Positions 1 through 14,100 of a stretch of DNA of 64,000 nt are shown here, in pieces; position 1 is the first letter of the stretch; every line of letters begins with the position of its first letter. This stretch comes from Octopus vulgaris (taxonomy: Eukaryota). The notes under the pieces were generated by a model, which ran no database searches, was not told the DNA's origin, and saw only the letters and a program-made list of their open reading frames with translations. Both the position numbers and the translations under genes were made by a program. The stretch spans positions 42,718,001-42,782,000 of the forward strand of contig OX597833.1 of the NCBI GenBank assembly GCA_951406725.2, written 5' to 3'.

Positions 1-1465
1 AAAAGGTGGTTCTTTCTAATTTTTTATATATTATATTGTGTGAAATTTGATTTAGTATTTCTAAAGTGAATTTTTTCCCTGTAAGTTAGGATTAATATTC
101 CCTCAAATAATTATATATATATATATATGTTGTACTCTGTGTGTCTGTGTGTGTCTGTACGTATGTATATGTACACGCACATACACAGATGCAAACACAC
201 ACACACACACACACATATCAACTCATACACACCCATGAATACAACTGTATTTCTAGAGATTTATCTCTAAATGTAACTATTAAAAAGTTTCTCGTGTTTT
301 CGATCGATGTCATATTGAACAAAAAAAAAATTAAATGATGGAATAAATTAAGTAATTAGAAGTTAAAAATAAATATGTATACAGAAAAAATAAAGTAGTT
401 CACAACTCTTAAAGTTTCACACACATACACGCGCATACACCCATTTACGAAAATACACACACGTACATTAATATGTACACACGAAAGAAAATAGCACTCA
501 ACATCCTGCTGCGATATTTAAATATTTGTATGAAAAGCTTGATTTTCAAACGCATAGATTCAAATGTAGATTCAAAAAAATTAAAGGAAAAAATATCTTA
601 GCATGGGATGCTTATTTCTTAATGATGAGCTAGGCACAGTTTCTAAAGGAGGTTGATTATCATCTGGTGGGTGAATAAGATTTGTTTTCATTGGTCAGTT
701 TGGATCACGTGATGTCATCGGTATCTTGATAATTGCTAACTAATGCTAAAAGAAGGCAACACTACAAATTCATAAACTGCATCTTTGTTGAAAAGATAAA
801 GAAAAAAACTAACTAAACTGACGCTTTACTGCCTCCAGGGAACCCTCTGTTGGTAACATTCAGCCATTAACTGTTGATACTACTTCATAAACTTTAGTGA
901 AATTTTAGATTGCCAACTAAAGCGAGGTAAACTAATCTACTGTATTGCTGTTGCTCTTCTTATTCAGTAGCAGTTGCCAACCGCTGAGACATTCATTTCA
1001 ACAACATTACCTATTTACAATGAACTTTATCCACCATTCAATGAAAATTTTATTTGAAAGCGGTAAATGCCCAATCACTTAAAATTAAGGGTTCAGACAA
1101 TCACTTATACCTTTCCACGTGCGTGTAACCTCAGGATTTTCATTTTTTTATTGGTATATTCACGCACGCGCGCGTACACAGAGACTGCACGTGTTCGCGC
1201 CCATACACACACACTTACCTCGCTTATCTATACATGTATATTTGCAGAATGTGTGTATATATGTCTAAATATATATACATAATACACACACGCACATACA
1301 CACATGTATAAATATATATATATATATATATACACATATATATATATATATGTATGTATGTATGTACATATATATAGATGTATGTATATATATATATATA
1401 TATATATATAAATATGTATATGTATGTATATATGTATATATACTGTAAATATATGTATATATATA

Positions 1466-1529
<64 letters not shown>

Positions 1530-1530
1530 T

Positions 1531-1714
1531 CGTCAGCTCCTACACGAATTTTTTTCTCTCCTTGTTTTTTTTCTGTGTATCTTTCTGTCGAAGAGCGTAG
1601 GCTCGAAACGTAAAAAGACTTTTTCTATTTCTATTCCTGAGCGCTATACTAATTCATTTGTTTGTTTGTACTCCACCTGCCTTCGTCTTTTGTTTATTTT
1701 CGTAAACTTTCCCG

Positions 1715-1718
<4 letters not shown>
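1531..1718 (+). mobile_element. Short non-autonomous Penelope-like/hammerhead-containing element, copy 1
   Basis: About 190-bp unit between (GA)n and (TA)n tracts; a second, inverted copy lies at 19038-19240; carries a hammerhead-like motif at 1580-1618. Confidence 0.65.
1580..1618 (+). ncRNA. Minimal type I hammerhead-like motif with variant core (CUGUCGA)
   Basis: tcttt-CTGTCGA-A-GAGC gtag GCTC-GAAA-CG-TA-aaaaga: 4-bp stem II, palindromic ACGU stem III, GUA triplet, weak stem I. Confidence 0.5.
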
Positions 1719-1769
<51 letters not shown>

Positions 1770-1880
1770 TAGAGATAAGTAGCAAATTGTTAAAGAACAC
1801 ACAAACACACCCATATATATATATATATACATATATGTATGTGTGTGGACGTGTATGTATATTTTACATATTTAAATATA

Positions 1881-2096
1881 TACTCTTTTATCTCTTTTAC
1901 TCTTTTATTTGTTTCAGTCATTTGACTGCGGCCATGCTGAAGCACCGTCTTTATTCAAACAAATCAAACCCAGGGCTCATTATTTCTAAGCCTAGTACTT
2001 ATTTTTGGGGGGACTCTTGCCGAACTGCTAAGTTACGGGGAAGTAAACACAGGCGATTTTGGCGGGGTGGGAAACACAGACACACCAGTGCGCACG

Positions 2097-2181
<85 letters not shown>

Positions 2182-2340
2182 GGCAAGCTTCTTTCATTTT
2201 CCGTCTACCAAATCCACTCAAAAAGCTTTGGTCGGCCCGAGGCTATAGTAGAAGACACTCGCCCAAGGTGCCACGCAGTGAGACTGAACCCGGAACCATT
2301 TAGTTGGTGAGCAAGCTACTTACCACACAGCCACTTCTAT
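1881..2340 (-). mobile_element. tRNA-derived SINE family A with internal (CA)n/(TA)n tract
   Basis: Reverse strand begins agtggctgtgtggtaag (box A) ... ggttccgggttcagtc (box B); matches the other family A copies; ends in a short tandem tail. Confidence 0.9.
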
Positions 2341-2892
2341 ATAATATATGTGTGTATCAATGGGTCTAACAACTAATCATGTGAAGCGAATAAGCAACTT
2401 TGCTGTATAGGCTGTAGAGGCGACTCATCAGACTCAACTAATGGGAGGAAAACGTCATGGTCAGCAAACAAAAAATACCAGAGCAAAACTCGTATGGTAA
2501 AGTCTTTGGTGAGACGGAGTTGTCCCCCCTTACCTCACTTCCGGCCTAGTCCACAACGACTTTGGAAGTTTGTAGCGTTACCCTAGTCGGTAATATTAAT
2601 TGATGCCATTCATAATCAGGTTAATGTATTCGCGCTAATTCAATATATGGGCCGAATAATTGTCGTTGAAGTGTTCTAATACGATCGAAACGTTTCCATT
2701 GCCTTCACTGGTCGGTTCTAAAGTCAAGATCCACTCCATTGGAATTATATCATTTGTTGGTGTTCTTAGATTTTTAAGCGGATCTCGGACTAGGTTTTGT
2801 CTCCTAATTGCAAAGATGGGTCGTGGTTTAATCTACATTACTCCGTAAGGAGCATACGGTGATTTTCTTGCTTTATCTGATGTATATATATT

Positions 2893-3075
2893 TCTTCCTG
2901 GACGGGAAGCCGGTCCGTCGCAGGATTACTCATTTTTATCAGCTGTGTGGACTGGAGCAACTTGAAATAAAGTGTCTTGCTCAAGAACTCAATGTGTCAC
3001 CTGGTCCCGGAATCGAAACTGCAATCCTACAGTCATGAGTCCAACACTCCTAACAAGTAAGCCATGCAGCTCCAC
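2893..3075 (-). mobile_element. tRNA-derived SINE family C (decayed)
   Basis: Reverse complement aligns with 3231-3492 (gtggag...gtttcgattcc...ctgcgacggac). Confidence 0.8.
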
Positions 3076-3230
3076 AATTGTAAAGGTAATACCAGAAATT
3101 GAAAATAAGAGTGTCTTGGTGTATACTTTCATTCGTCAATGATAATGTTGCCAATCATTTCAGCATCGAAAATGTGCACATTTAACCAATCAAAAGTTAC
3201 TGCATTTACCGATGAACCACGAGATTGAGC

Positions 3231-3492
3231 GTGGAGGTGCTTGGCTTATTGGTTAGGGTGTTGAACTCATGATCGCAAGGTTGTGGTTTCGATTCCAGGA
3301 CCGGGCGACGCGTTGTGTTCTTGAGAAAAACACTTCATTTCACGTTGCTCCAATCCACACAGCTGGCAAAAATGAGTAACGCTGCGATGGACTGGCGTCC
3401 CATCCAGCTGGGGAACACATATGCCATAGAAATCGGGAAACCGGGCCCATGAGCCTGGCTAGGCTTTAAAAGGGCGCATTTATTATTTTTTT
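3231..3492 (+). mobile_element. tRNA-derived SINE family C, full length, with TSD
   Basis: Box A tggcttattgg, box B gtttcgattcc, central ctgcgatggactggcgtccc; flanked by 12-bp direct repeats acgagattgagc (3219-3230) and acgagactgagc (3493-3504). Confidence 0.9.
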
Positions 3493-4245
3493 ACGAGACT
3501 GAGCACAGGTAAATAGAAAGAAGCAAAGGAAATTTGAATGAGAGAGTTATAGAAGGAAAGAGAGAGGAGGAAAGGGATAATAAAAAAAGACATAAGGTTT
3601 CATTTAACATTAATGTTAAGATAAATAAATTACATAAATATCTAGAAGTGGGAATTTTCTTTACCTATAAGGACAGTGAAAAAGCCGCAGAACAGCAGGA
3701 GAATCTCCAACAAATTCATGGTTGGTTGTATAATATTATACTACTATCTTCAGGATTTTGAAGGCTGCAATTAGAAATGAGAGAGAAAACATTTAATTAC
3801 ATTATTATGACAACCAAATGAGATGATAAATTAGTATCAATGAAGTTGGAAAGAGGTAAAAAAAATATTTAAAAAACCACGGAAGATTTCAAGCAACACA
3901 GAAATGAAGCGTTCAACTCGCTGGCCAAATACCTCGAATCACAGTTATGTCTTGAAAAAAAAGACTGTATAATGTAGTTCTAGATTAGGGGTGTCAAAGT
4001 CATTTTAGTTTACGGGTCACATATCAAATCAATTTTATCTCAAGTGGGCCGGACCAGTAAAATCATGGCATAAGAACCTATAAATTACAATTCCAAAATT
4101 TTCCCTTTGTTTTAGTGTGAAAAAGTGCATTCTGAAAATGTTCACGTTTAAAGAACAATTTTATTTTTTGCAAAGCATTGAAGAAATGAAAGTGGGAACT
4201 ATAAAAGAAGACTGAGATATCACACTGCCTTGTAAATGCATACAA

Positions 4246-4638
4246 TCTATATATATATATAAAACTGAAGTTGTCTGTGTGTGGCAGGTTTGGTAGCCTT
4301 CAACTAACACTATCTCCTCCGAGACCCTGCGGCGCAAGTTGACCAAAATTGAGAGTATGAAAGAAGAAGGCTTGCTCTTTATTCAGTAGAAGAAAAATTT
4401 AAATCAGACCATGTTAAGACCAAAAACTATTTACATCAAAAAGGTGCTTTTTTCCTATGAAAATCCCTAATTTATACGATTTTTTGACTGCTGTGTCACC
4501 AGTTTTCGGTGTATTTCAACCAGAAAAGTGTTCACTTAAAGAGAATAAGAAGCTACATAATGCAAAACTTTTACTTTTCAAAAATTCAAATTCTAAAGGG
4601 TCGAAACAAACCCGAGCAACGCCGGGCTATACTGCTAG
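4246..4638 (+). mobile_element. Non-autonomous Helitron, copy 1 (nested in the hAT)
   Basis: A|TC 5' end, CTAG|T 3' end, subterminal GC hairpin cccgagcaacgccggg (4611-4626), no TSD; second copy at 47862-48240. Confidence 0.9.
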
Positions 4639-4639
4639 T

Positions 4640-6020
4640 TTTATTGATGCTCATTACAGAAAAAAAAACTTGTTCACAAAGGTAGGTAATCCCGAACATG
4701 CACAAAACTTTCGCAGCAAGGGTTGTCAATTTGGGGTACTTTAGCAAGAGATCCTGATAAAATGTATCCAAGCCCACCGAGTTAATTTGTTCTTCATATC
4801 TGAATCACACTGCAAGTCAATCATTTCAAATTAGATGTTGATGAGCAGATAAGAGACGTTGACCGTAAATGGCGAGTAAGAAACTGAAATCTGTCTCAAG
4901 TTCATCAAAAACCTGAAACCGTTGCTGAAACTCCCGCAGCAATCCCATGAAATTGTCTTTGTACCAATTCATGTCAACATTATCTGCGGTCGCAACCACA
5001 TCTTTTAGACAACGAAAATAAGCAGGGTCACCACCTGACAGTTGTGTCTCCCACAAAGTTAGCTTCAACTTGAACGCGCGTATGCTTTCAAAATACTGTG
5101 TGACAACATTTTACGGCCTTGCAGTATTTTGTCCAGATTATTCAAGTGCTCTGTAATATCCACGATAAATGCTAAATCTTGCAACCATTCAGGTGATTGA
5201 AATTCTAACACCAGTTTGACCTTTTCCTCCATGAACTGTTCAATTTCTTTTTGTAGATTAATGAAACACTTCAACACGGCACCTCGGCATAACCACCTTG
5301 CCTCGGTGTGATATGGCAAGCCATAGGTAACGCTTATATCGCCGAGAGGATTGTCAAACTGACGGTGATTCAGACCTCTAGCTTGGATGAAATTAACAGT
5401 TTAGACAACTACTTCCCTGACATGATCCATTTTGAACGACTTGCAACACAATGTCTCCTGGTGCAAAATGCAGTGAAATATCCAAAAATTACGTCTTCCA
5501 TTTGCAGTCTGTACTTTCTCTCTGAACTGCGCCACAACACCTGATTTTTTTCCCCCAATCATTGATGGAGTGCCATCTGTAGCCATGGGTCCAGTCCACT
5601 CCGACCCTGTCCAGCGCTCGAACGTGGGAGATGTAAATGTCATTTACTGTTGTGGTGTTCATCATAGGAACCAACTCCAGGAACTCCTCGGTGACTGTGA
5701 AAATCTCGTCTACGCCACGAATGAATATGGCCATTTGTGCGACATCCGTAATGCTTGTGCTCTCATTAATTGCAACCGAGACTGTAATAAATGATTTGAC
5801 TTTGTGCTTCAGTTGCCTGTCCAAATCTACAGAAAGATCTGAAATCCTATTTTCCACAGTGTTTCTCGTCAGGCTAATGATGGCAAAAGTCTGTCGCTTC
5901 TCTGGGCATACAATTTCTGCAACTTACAGTATGCATGTTTTCATGAACCCATCCCCACAGTACGGTTTTGATGTTAATGATATTTCTCTAGCAACAAGGT
6001 AGCTAGCTTTTACTTCTGCC
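4640..6020 (-). pseudogene. Frameshifted hAT transposase (GTF2IRD2/SPIN-like)
   Basis: ORF pieces give SVAINESTSITDVAQMAIFIRGV (DESTD motif), ATDGTPSMIG, HCILHQE (CxxH), PYHTEARWLCRG (RW motif), WLQDLAFIVDITEHLN and FGITYLCEQVF (catalytic E); several frameshifts. Confidence 0.93.
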
Positions 6021-6165
6021 TGACTGATACATATGCATACACAAACATACACATATTCATACACACAGATAAACATAATAGGTCTCCGCCGCAATTTCCG
6101 TCGATCAAATTCCACTCCTAAGACACTAATTAGTCCTCGGTTTACAATGTTCACTCCAACTACTG

Positions 6166-6166
6166 C

Positions 6167-6248
<82 letters not shown>

Positions 6249-6258
6249 ATATCTATCA

Positions 6259-6298
<40 letters not shown>

Positions 6299-6300
6299 GC

Positions 6301-6380
<80 letters not shown>
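6166..6380. repeat. (ATCT)n/(GTCT)n compound microsatellite
   Basis: Direct inspection; similar tracts at 35950-36208, 37755-37915, 46157-46460 and 48768-48945. Confidence 0.95.
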
Positions 6381-6547
6381 GATACACGATCCCTATTGAT
6401 CGTTTTTTTTTTCTTTCCTTTTTATGATCCCTTTTGATCGAAAACCTACCCCACTTTTGTTTTCTCCCCAAAAAGAAAAGCTCTACTTTGTAATTTGTCC
6501 CGTCTGTGTGCAGCCCTGTGTGGCTAATAAAGAAACATATCTATACA

Positions 6548-6840
6548 CAGGATGAGTCCGGAGAAAGTGGTAGTACCCATGATCTTTGCAGAGTCTTCGA
6601 GACCAGTAAGCATGATGCTGTTAATGTTCCGTTGAAACTATTGCAAGTCAGCATAAGCAGGAAAAGATGATGACTCCAGATGACCGACGTTCCGAGAGAA
6701 AGGACTGTTAATAGTAGCAAGCGCAGGTACAGGTGTGGTGGACGTAGTATAAGTGACGAAGTGTGGAAAGACGAGTGTAACGTAGGTGATTGAGAAGTAG
6801 AAGTACGAGACCAGATAGCTCCGAGGGACAGAGGCCATGT
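6548..6840 (-). mobile_element. Decayed LINE ORF2 C-terminus (CR1/Jockey group)
   Basis: Minus frames read HGLCPSELSGLV...RYTRLS...QSF and FPAYADLQ*FQRNIN, typical of the ORF2 tail; similar to the fragment at 23060-23750. Confidence 0.6.
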
Positions 6841-6999
6841 GTGTTTTTTCTATTGTGGGTGCAAAATAGCTTCTCTATTGTTATGATACTTATGGGACAT
6901 GAAAGGAGACGAGACTATGAAGTGTATTCACAAACATATTCTCCGTTCTTTCTTTCTTCAGTTGTCTCCTCCTCTCTCATATATGTATGCATAAGTAAT

Positions 7000-7082
<83 letters not shown>

Positions 7083-7152
7083 TGTGTGTACATACACTTG
7101 TACATATGCATATGCATGTGTATATATATATATATATACATACACACACACA

Positions 7153-7188
<36 letters not shown>

Positions 7189-7536
7189 TGTATGTATGTA
7201 TGTATATATATATATATACATATAAATGTAAGTATATGTATGTAAAAATGACAACTATGTACAGCTGAAAATTTCTTAATTTAGCTACGACAACTAATAA
7301 TTTAAATGCTAATGTGGAGTTAATCTCTAAATGCTGCCATGAAAACGAGTTTTATTTGGTAAATTACAATGATATGAGACTAGATTGATTGTCAGAATGT
7401 TAGCATTGAGACCAACAAGAAGTTTTAAATTAGACAAGTGTCTGGGACATAATAGTCAGCAACATGTCGTTAGTATTGTAGATAATTCTCAGCAATATGT
7501 GATATATACTTATAATATACATGAAGTATATATATA

Positions 7537-7967
7537 TATTTCTTTATTGCCCACAAGAGGCTAAACACAGAGGGGACAAATAAGGATACATCGACCCCAG
7601 GACAGGCAAACGAATTAAGTCGATTACATCGACCCCAGTGCGTAACTGGTACTTATTTAATCGACCCCGAAAGGGTGAAAGGCAAAGTCGACCTCGGCGG
7701 AATTTGAACTCAGAACGTAATGGCAGACGAAATGCCTATTTCTTTACTACCCACAAGGGGCTAAACACAGAGGGGACAAACAAGGACAGGCAAACGAATT
7801 AAGTCGATTACATCGACCCCAGTGCGTAACTGGTACTTATTTAATCGACACCGAAAGGGTAAAAGGCGAAGTCGACCTCGGCGGAATTTGGACTCAGAAC
7901 GTAGCGGCAGACGAAATACCGCTACGCATTTCGCCCGGCGCGCTGACGTTTCTGCCAGCTCGCCGCC
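7537..7967 (-). mobile_element. SINE family B, two head-to-tail copies (one 5'-truncated)
   Basis: Reverse strand ggcggcgagctggcagaaacg...gagtccaaattccgccgaggtcgact...; the unit repeats at about 7537-7735 and 7736-7967. Confidence 0.9.
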
Positions 7968-7979
7968 TTATATGCATGA

Positions 7980-8092
<113 letters not shown>

Positions 8093-8767
8093 TTCTGTGT
8101 ATGCATGTGTTTGCGTGTGTGTGTGCGTGTAAACAGAAAAATAAGCAGATCCGATCACAAGAAGCAGTCAATTCACGCGTTTACCGCTGCTGATTGTTCG
8201 TGGACTCGAAACAAATTTAAACAGAAAAAAATAACAAATATAACGTCTTTTTTACTGTATAAACTTCATAATCTTGTTCCCTCTCATGTCCCATGAGTAC
8301 AATTGACAATGTAGAAACCACCATACGCCCACATGTTCACGCGTTTTCTATTCCCTCTTCACCTCTGTCCTCACCCTTCTTCTGCTTTCTCTGTTTGTTG
8401 TTCATCCAGAGATTTTGTACAGAGAGGATCGAAATTATTCAGATGTTTTGAAACAAATATGATTGTGGATTGCTTTAATGTTTACGTCCGTTTATGAATC
8501 GGTGTGGTACGAGTGAGATTGTGTTTTTATACATATAAATATATATGATCATCTGTGTGCAGTGTTTTTGTGTGTGAACGTGTGCGCATGTGCGTGTGTA
8601 TGTGCGCGCGTGTGTGTGTGTGCACGCGTGTGTGCGCTCGTGCGTGAGTGTCTGTATGTGTTTGTGTGTGTTTATTTATGTATGCTTGTTCGATGTGTGC
8701 GTTCACTGTGTCTTTCTGACTGTGTCAATGTTCATGCGTGTTTGTGAGTGCTTGAACGTGATACACT

Positions 8768-8819
<52 letters not shown>

Positions 8820-8933
8820 GAGAGAGAGAGAGAGAAAGAGAGAGCGAGAGAGAGAGAGAGGGAAGGGGTGGAGAGAGTAAGGGAGATAGAAAGAGCGAGG
8901 GAGAGTGAGTGAGATTAAGAAATCAATGGGTAA

Positions 8934-8964
<31 letters not shown>

Positions 8965-9008
8965 GGGTTAATATATTTATGCGTGCGTGTGTAGGTGTGT
9001 ATGTGTGT

Positions 9009-9091
<83 letters not shown>

Positions 9092-9611
9092 AATATGAAT
9101 TAAAGTGTCTTTTATGAGTGAGGTATTCGGTGCGTAGCAGAATAATTAGAACATCGAACCAGATGCCATTGGGAATTTAGTAACATCCCTTTACGAGTTC
9201 GAATTCCACCGGGGTTAAGTTTGCCCGTCATCTCTTCTCTGGAGTCGATAAAACATTGGACATAGATTCGATCGACGGTAAATTTGGACCAGAGATATAA
9301 AAAAATACCTACACATCAATATTTTGTGTGTATGTGTGTTTGTCTCTGTATACAGTGTTTAGTGTGTTTACGTAATTGCGCATTTTCATGTAGATGAGGT
9401 TTATTATTAGGCGTATGTGTTGGTGTGTGTGTGTGTGTGTGTGTACATGTGTGTGTGTGTGTGTGTGTATGTAAGAGAGATAGAAAGTCTATATATTTGT
9501 ATGCATGTGCGCGCGTGTGCGTGTGTATGTGTCTATAGGCATTAATCTATGTATTTATGTATGTAGTTTTGACTATATCGAGGGGTGAGACAGATAAACG
9601 GGGTGGAGGAT

Positions 9612-9648
<37 letters not shown>

Positions 9649-9669
9649 AAGAGAGAGAGAGAGGGAGAA

Positions 9670-9719
<50 letters not shown>

Positions 9720-9915
9720 GAAGTGAAAGTGAAAGAGCATCAGAATGAGAAAGACAGAGAGAGTGAGAAAGAGTCAATATGTTTGGGGGCATGAACACAC
9801 TCGTGTGTCTGTGCATGAAAATGTATGTCAACGATTCTGTGTTTGTGTGTATGTGTGCGTGTGTGCGTGTATGTGTGTATGTGTGTGTGTATGTGTGCGT
9901 GTGTTCGTATGTTAG

Positions 9916-9950
<35 letters not shown>

Positions 9951-10473
9951 GTCTCAGTGTGCGTGAGTACGTTTGTGTGCGCGTGCGCCAGTTTCTGGAT
10001 GTATAATAAGTGTACATATAACTAGTGCTTTTATTTGTGTTTGTGCGCGTGTGTGTATGTGTATGTGTACTTATATGAGTATGCGTGAATGTGTGTGTAT
10101 GTTTATGTATGTGTGTGTGTGTGTGCGCGCGCGCGCCAGTCTCTGAGTGTATACAATGAGTATACATATACGTGTTTGTGTGTGAGTGTGTGTTTGTGTA
10201 TGTGCGTGTGTGTGTGTATGCACGTGCGCGTGTGTGTGCGTGTGTGCATGTGTGCGCGTGTGTATATATACGCATTTATTAGATTCATAGATGCTGAAAG
10301 ATCAAATGCTGAACATAAATAAACCGATCCTTCTCTCTATTGGACTATCACCTCCAACTCCCAACCTCAAAACCACAACATTGCTCAACTTAATTACTGA
10401 TCACCATCTCATCCAAATGGCCATCCCACCCACATTACCATTGACCAACTCAATTACACATCACAACAATAAC

Positions 10474-10700
10474 CACCACCACCACCACCACCACCACCAC
10501 CACCACTGCCATCACCACCACTACCAACACCATCATCACCACCATCATATTCATCACCAATACCTCGAGACATTCCACTATGAGACAATTCAATATTGCC
10601 CCACAACAATAACCAAAACCACCGCCACCACCGCCACCACCACCGCCGCCACCACCACCGCCACCACCACCACCACCACCACCACCACCACCACCACCGC
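10474..10700. repeat. (CAC)n/(CCG) trinucleotide low-complexity region
   Basis: Direct inspection; source of the poly-His/poly-Thr ORF 10291-10935. Confidence 0.9.
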
Positions 10701-11082
10701 TTCTCTCCGCCGACGAACCGCCATCACCATCAGCGTGTCCACTAATTTACTCCACTACAGGCCAACTCAATTACGTACCCCCACAAAAGTAACCACAACC
10801 GCCAGAACAACCAAAACCGAAAATCATCACAACCGCACAACCACTACCACTACCATTACGTATTTGCCCCCCACCCTTCGCCCCGTTACTATCCCACAAA
10901 TGGCATATTTCAAACCATCACAACTTAACCATTGACATACATTACTGTTTCACTTCCAATCAATGACATATATTTGCCCCACCCATGGTCACACAGTCCG
11001 CCTGTTGCTGCAACCCTATACCGAAGCTTATATCTCCTCACTTCTGTCATGCAACTGTGCATCGTCCAATCAAAAGTAGAGC

Positions 11083-11265
11083 TTCTACATGGTCGCTCCA
11101 TCTGGCAGAAATAGCCACTAGGTCTTGCTCAATTTTTACCATCTTAAAGCAGGAAAATAGCCGTCCGAAACACATTTGGTAATGAAGTCCCACATAACTC
11201 CAAAATAACAGGTTGGTCGCGGATGGAACGCTTACGTTCATAGGTTTGTTCAAACGGGGTTGGCG
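11083..11265 (+). mobile_element. Old dispersed repeat (SINE 3' segment, family F)
   Basis: Motif tctacatggtcgctc...gaaatagcc... recurs in decayed form near 3915, 25370, 32035, 56365 (+) and 49860-50360, 59685-59870 (-). Confidence 0.6.
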
Positions 11266-11310
11266 TGGGAGATGAAGACGATGACGACGACGACGACCAC
11301 CACCACCACC

Positions 11311-11342
<32 letters not shown>

Positions 11343-11547
11343 CAGGCCGTTCAAGTATTTGGACCTGGAGATCTCCATTCCCAGCGACTTTTGAGGGCCA
11401 CCTCCCAGTGGTGTCGGGCGTCAACGAAGAGCCCTCGACTACAACAAGACGACCAAAGAATTTTTTCCCAAGGTCTGGGATCTCCCGCCCCTAAGCCCTA
11501 GACCAACACCTAATCACCCTTACCCGTCTTGTTGCTTAACATCCACC

Positions 11548-11579
<32 letters not shown>

Positions 11580-11619
11580 CAACAACAGCAGCAGCAGCTA
11601 TAGCCAAAACTGAAGTCAT

Positions 11620-11830
11620 AGTCCTTAGCGGCATTTATTCCGTTTCTTTACGTTCTTTAGGTTCAAATTCTACCGGGACCGACTTTGCTTTTACTTTAAT
11701 TCGTTCGCGGAGTGGGGCGAGGTCGATAAAATAAGCACCAGTTGAACACTGGGGGGGTCGACGTAAATCCATTTACCCGTCCCCTTAAAAAAACTGCTGG
11801 GGCCTTGTACCAACATTTGAAACCATTGTC
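11620..11830 (+). mobile_element. SINE family B, decayed
   Basis: cttagcggcattt...gttcaaattc...gactttgc...ggccttgtaccaacatttgaaacc. Confidence 0.75.
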
Positions 11831-12291
11831 CTTTGCCGTTCTCTCTCTCTCTCCAGCATCAACCGTCCACCTCACCAGCCTCATACTGCTTCTCATCATC
11901 GCTTGCTCATCACTTCTGTATAACAGTTCCCCCAACTGCTGTGCGCTGAAAATTCACTGCCCAAGTAATTACCTCATCATTGCTATTCATACTTCCTTTG
12001 TAATATTAATGCTACAAATGATCACAACTGCCGCATTCAGATTTGATTGCGAGATGGTTGTAGCAGATTTTTTTATCTCTTTTTTTTTTGTTTGTTTGTT
12101 TGACTAAATTTTTTTTTTATTTTCGTTGATTTCTGAAATTGCGGTTTCTGTTGTTGTTGTAATTGTCATAGTTTATTTAGAGTTATGTTTGTGCATGCAA
12201 GTATCAGTCCATGCCTATATCTTTGTATACATCTATGTATTTAATCGTGTATGTCTGTGTATTTTCGCCATTTGCTATATAAAAACTAAAA

Positions 12292-12785
<494 letters not shown>

Positions 12786-12805
12786 TATATGTATGTATGT
12801 ATGTA

Positions 12806-12848
<43 letters not shown>

Positions 12849-12998
12849 TTACAAACATACATACATACACATACAGATACGCACACGCACACGTACATAT
12901 ACACACCGCATACGCATATATAATTAGATAAACAGAGACATAATACATTTACGACATACACTCATATATAGGAGTGTGTATGTGCGTGCGCAAGTATA

Positions 12999-13029
<31 letters not shown>

Positions 13030-13195
13030 GTATATATATATGTAAATTTTACTGTATTTATTTATCGATCAATTGATCTACCTGGTAATATATACATACA
13101 CTCAGGCATAAATACTTGCAGGCTTATATGCATATGTTTGTATATACATATGCATATATGTACGTAAATATGCTTGTACGTATGTTTGTTTGTAC

Positions 13196-13246
<51 letters not shown>

Positions 13247-13525
13247 TATGTACATGTATATAATATATTTACATGGAAATATGTTTATACATGCATATAC
13301 ACACACATACACATGAGTATATATATACATGTGCTCATACAAATACACATATACAAATAAATGTGCATGATAATATATATATGTGCGCGTGATTGTGTGT
13401 AGATGTTTGCAAATGAAGTTGTCTTTATGTGGATGCATTCGTGTAAGTCAACGTTCACATGGATTTGTTTGCAAAAAAGAGCGAGAGAAAATGTATATGA
13501 GAGAGAGAGAGAGAGAGAAAGAGAA

Positions 13526-13573
<48 letters not shown>

Positions 13574-13679
13574 AACGGAGAGATAGAGAAAAGGAGAAAA
13601 AGGGAGAGAATCTGCGTGAGGTACAGTGAGAGCATGTATGCATGATAGAATTACTGTAAAAGAGTTATCAGTAAAAGGA

Positions 13680-14100
13680 ACATGGAACCACCAACGACAT
13701 CAAGAGCAACTTGGCGATGATGGTATATCAAGATTAAATTCCACATTGAAGTCACGAACAATTCCGCCATTTTCCTCTGCATTCTGGTTTTGATTTTTGT
13801 CTTTTGTTTCTTTGATTCATCAAAGCTATATAATCAAGTTGTAATTCATACATGCTTATCTCTTTCTACTGAAATCCATCTATTAGGCGTATGATTTTTA
13901 TTTTCCTCTACCCAGTTACCTCCTCAGTCTCTCCCTCTGCTTTTTTATCATCTGGAATGTTGCCAAGCGCTCAATGCACTCTGTCAGCCGGGTAATGCAG
14001 TTGGTAGAATGTAAATCCTTAGAATTACATACGGAATTAGAGGAAGACATTTGTGATGATTGCCTAGGAACATTATCAGGCGTCGATAAAAACATTTTGA
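13680..14100 (-). mobile_element. Highly decayed LINE AP-endonuclease fragment (tentative)
   Basis: Minus frames give CITRLTEC (cf. IxxLTETW) and IVRDFNV (cf. GDFN) in the expected order; many stops. Confidence 0.4.

Larger units (their letters stand above)
3986..6023 (-). mobile_element. hAT DNA transposon (Charlie/Buster/SPIN group), 5'-truncated
   Basis: End sequence taggggtgtcaaagtcatttt at 3986 resembles the CAGGGGTGTCAAAC TIR type and is preceded by ttctagat, matching the nTCTAGAn target of Charlie-type hATs; transposase relic at 4640-6020; other end not found. Confidence 0.9.

Noticed and set aside
6638-6838. 66-aa minus ORF resembling a signal peptide with a TAG that editing could recode
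   Set aside because: Overlapping frames show it is a frameshifted LINE ORF2 tail.
10291-11501. His/Thr/Gln-rich ORFs resembling a transcription-factor exon
   Set aside because: Built from CAC/CAA tracts and a SINE relic; no conserved domain.
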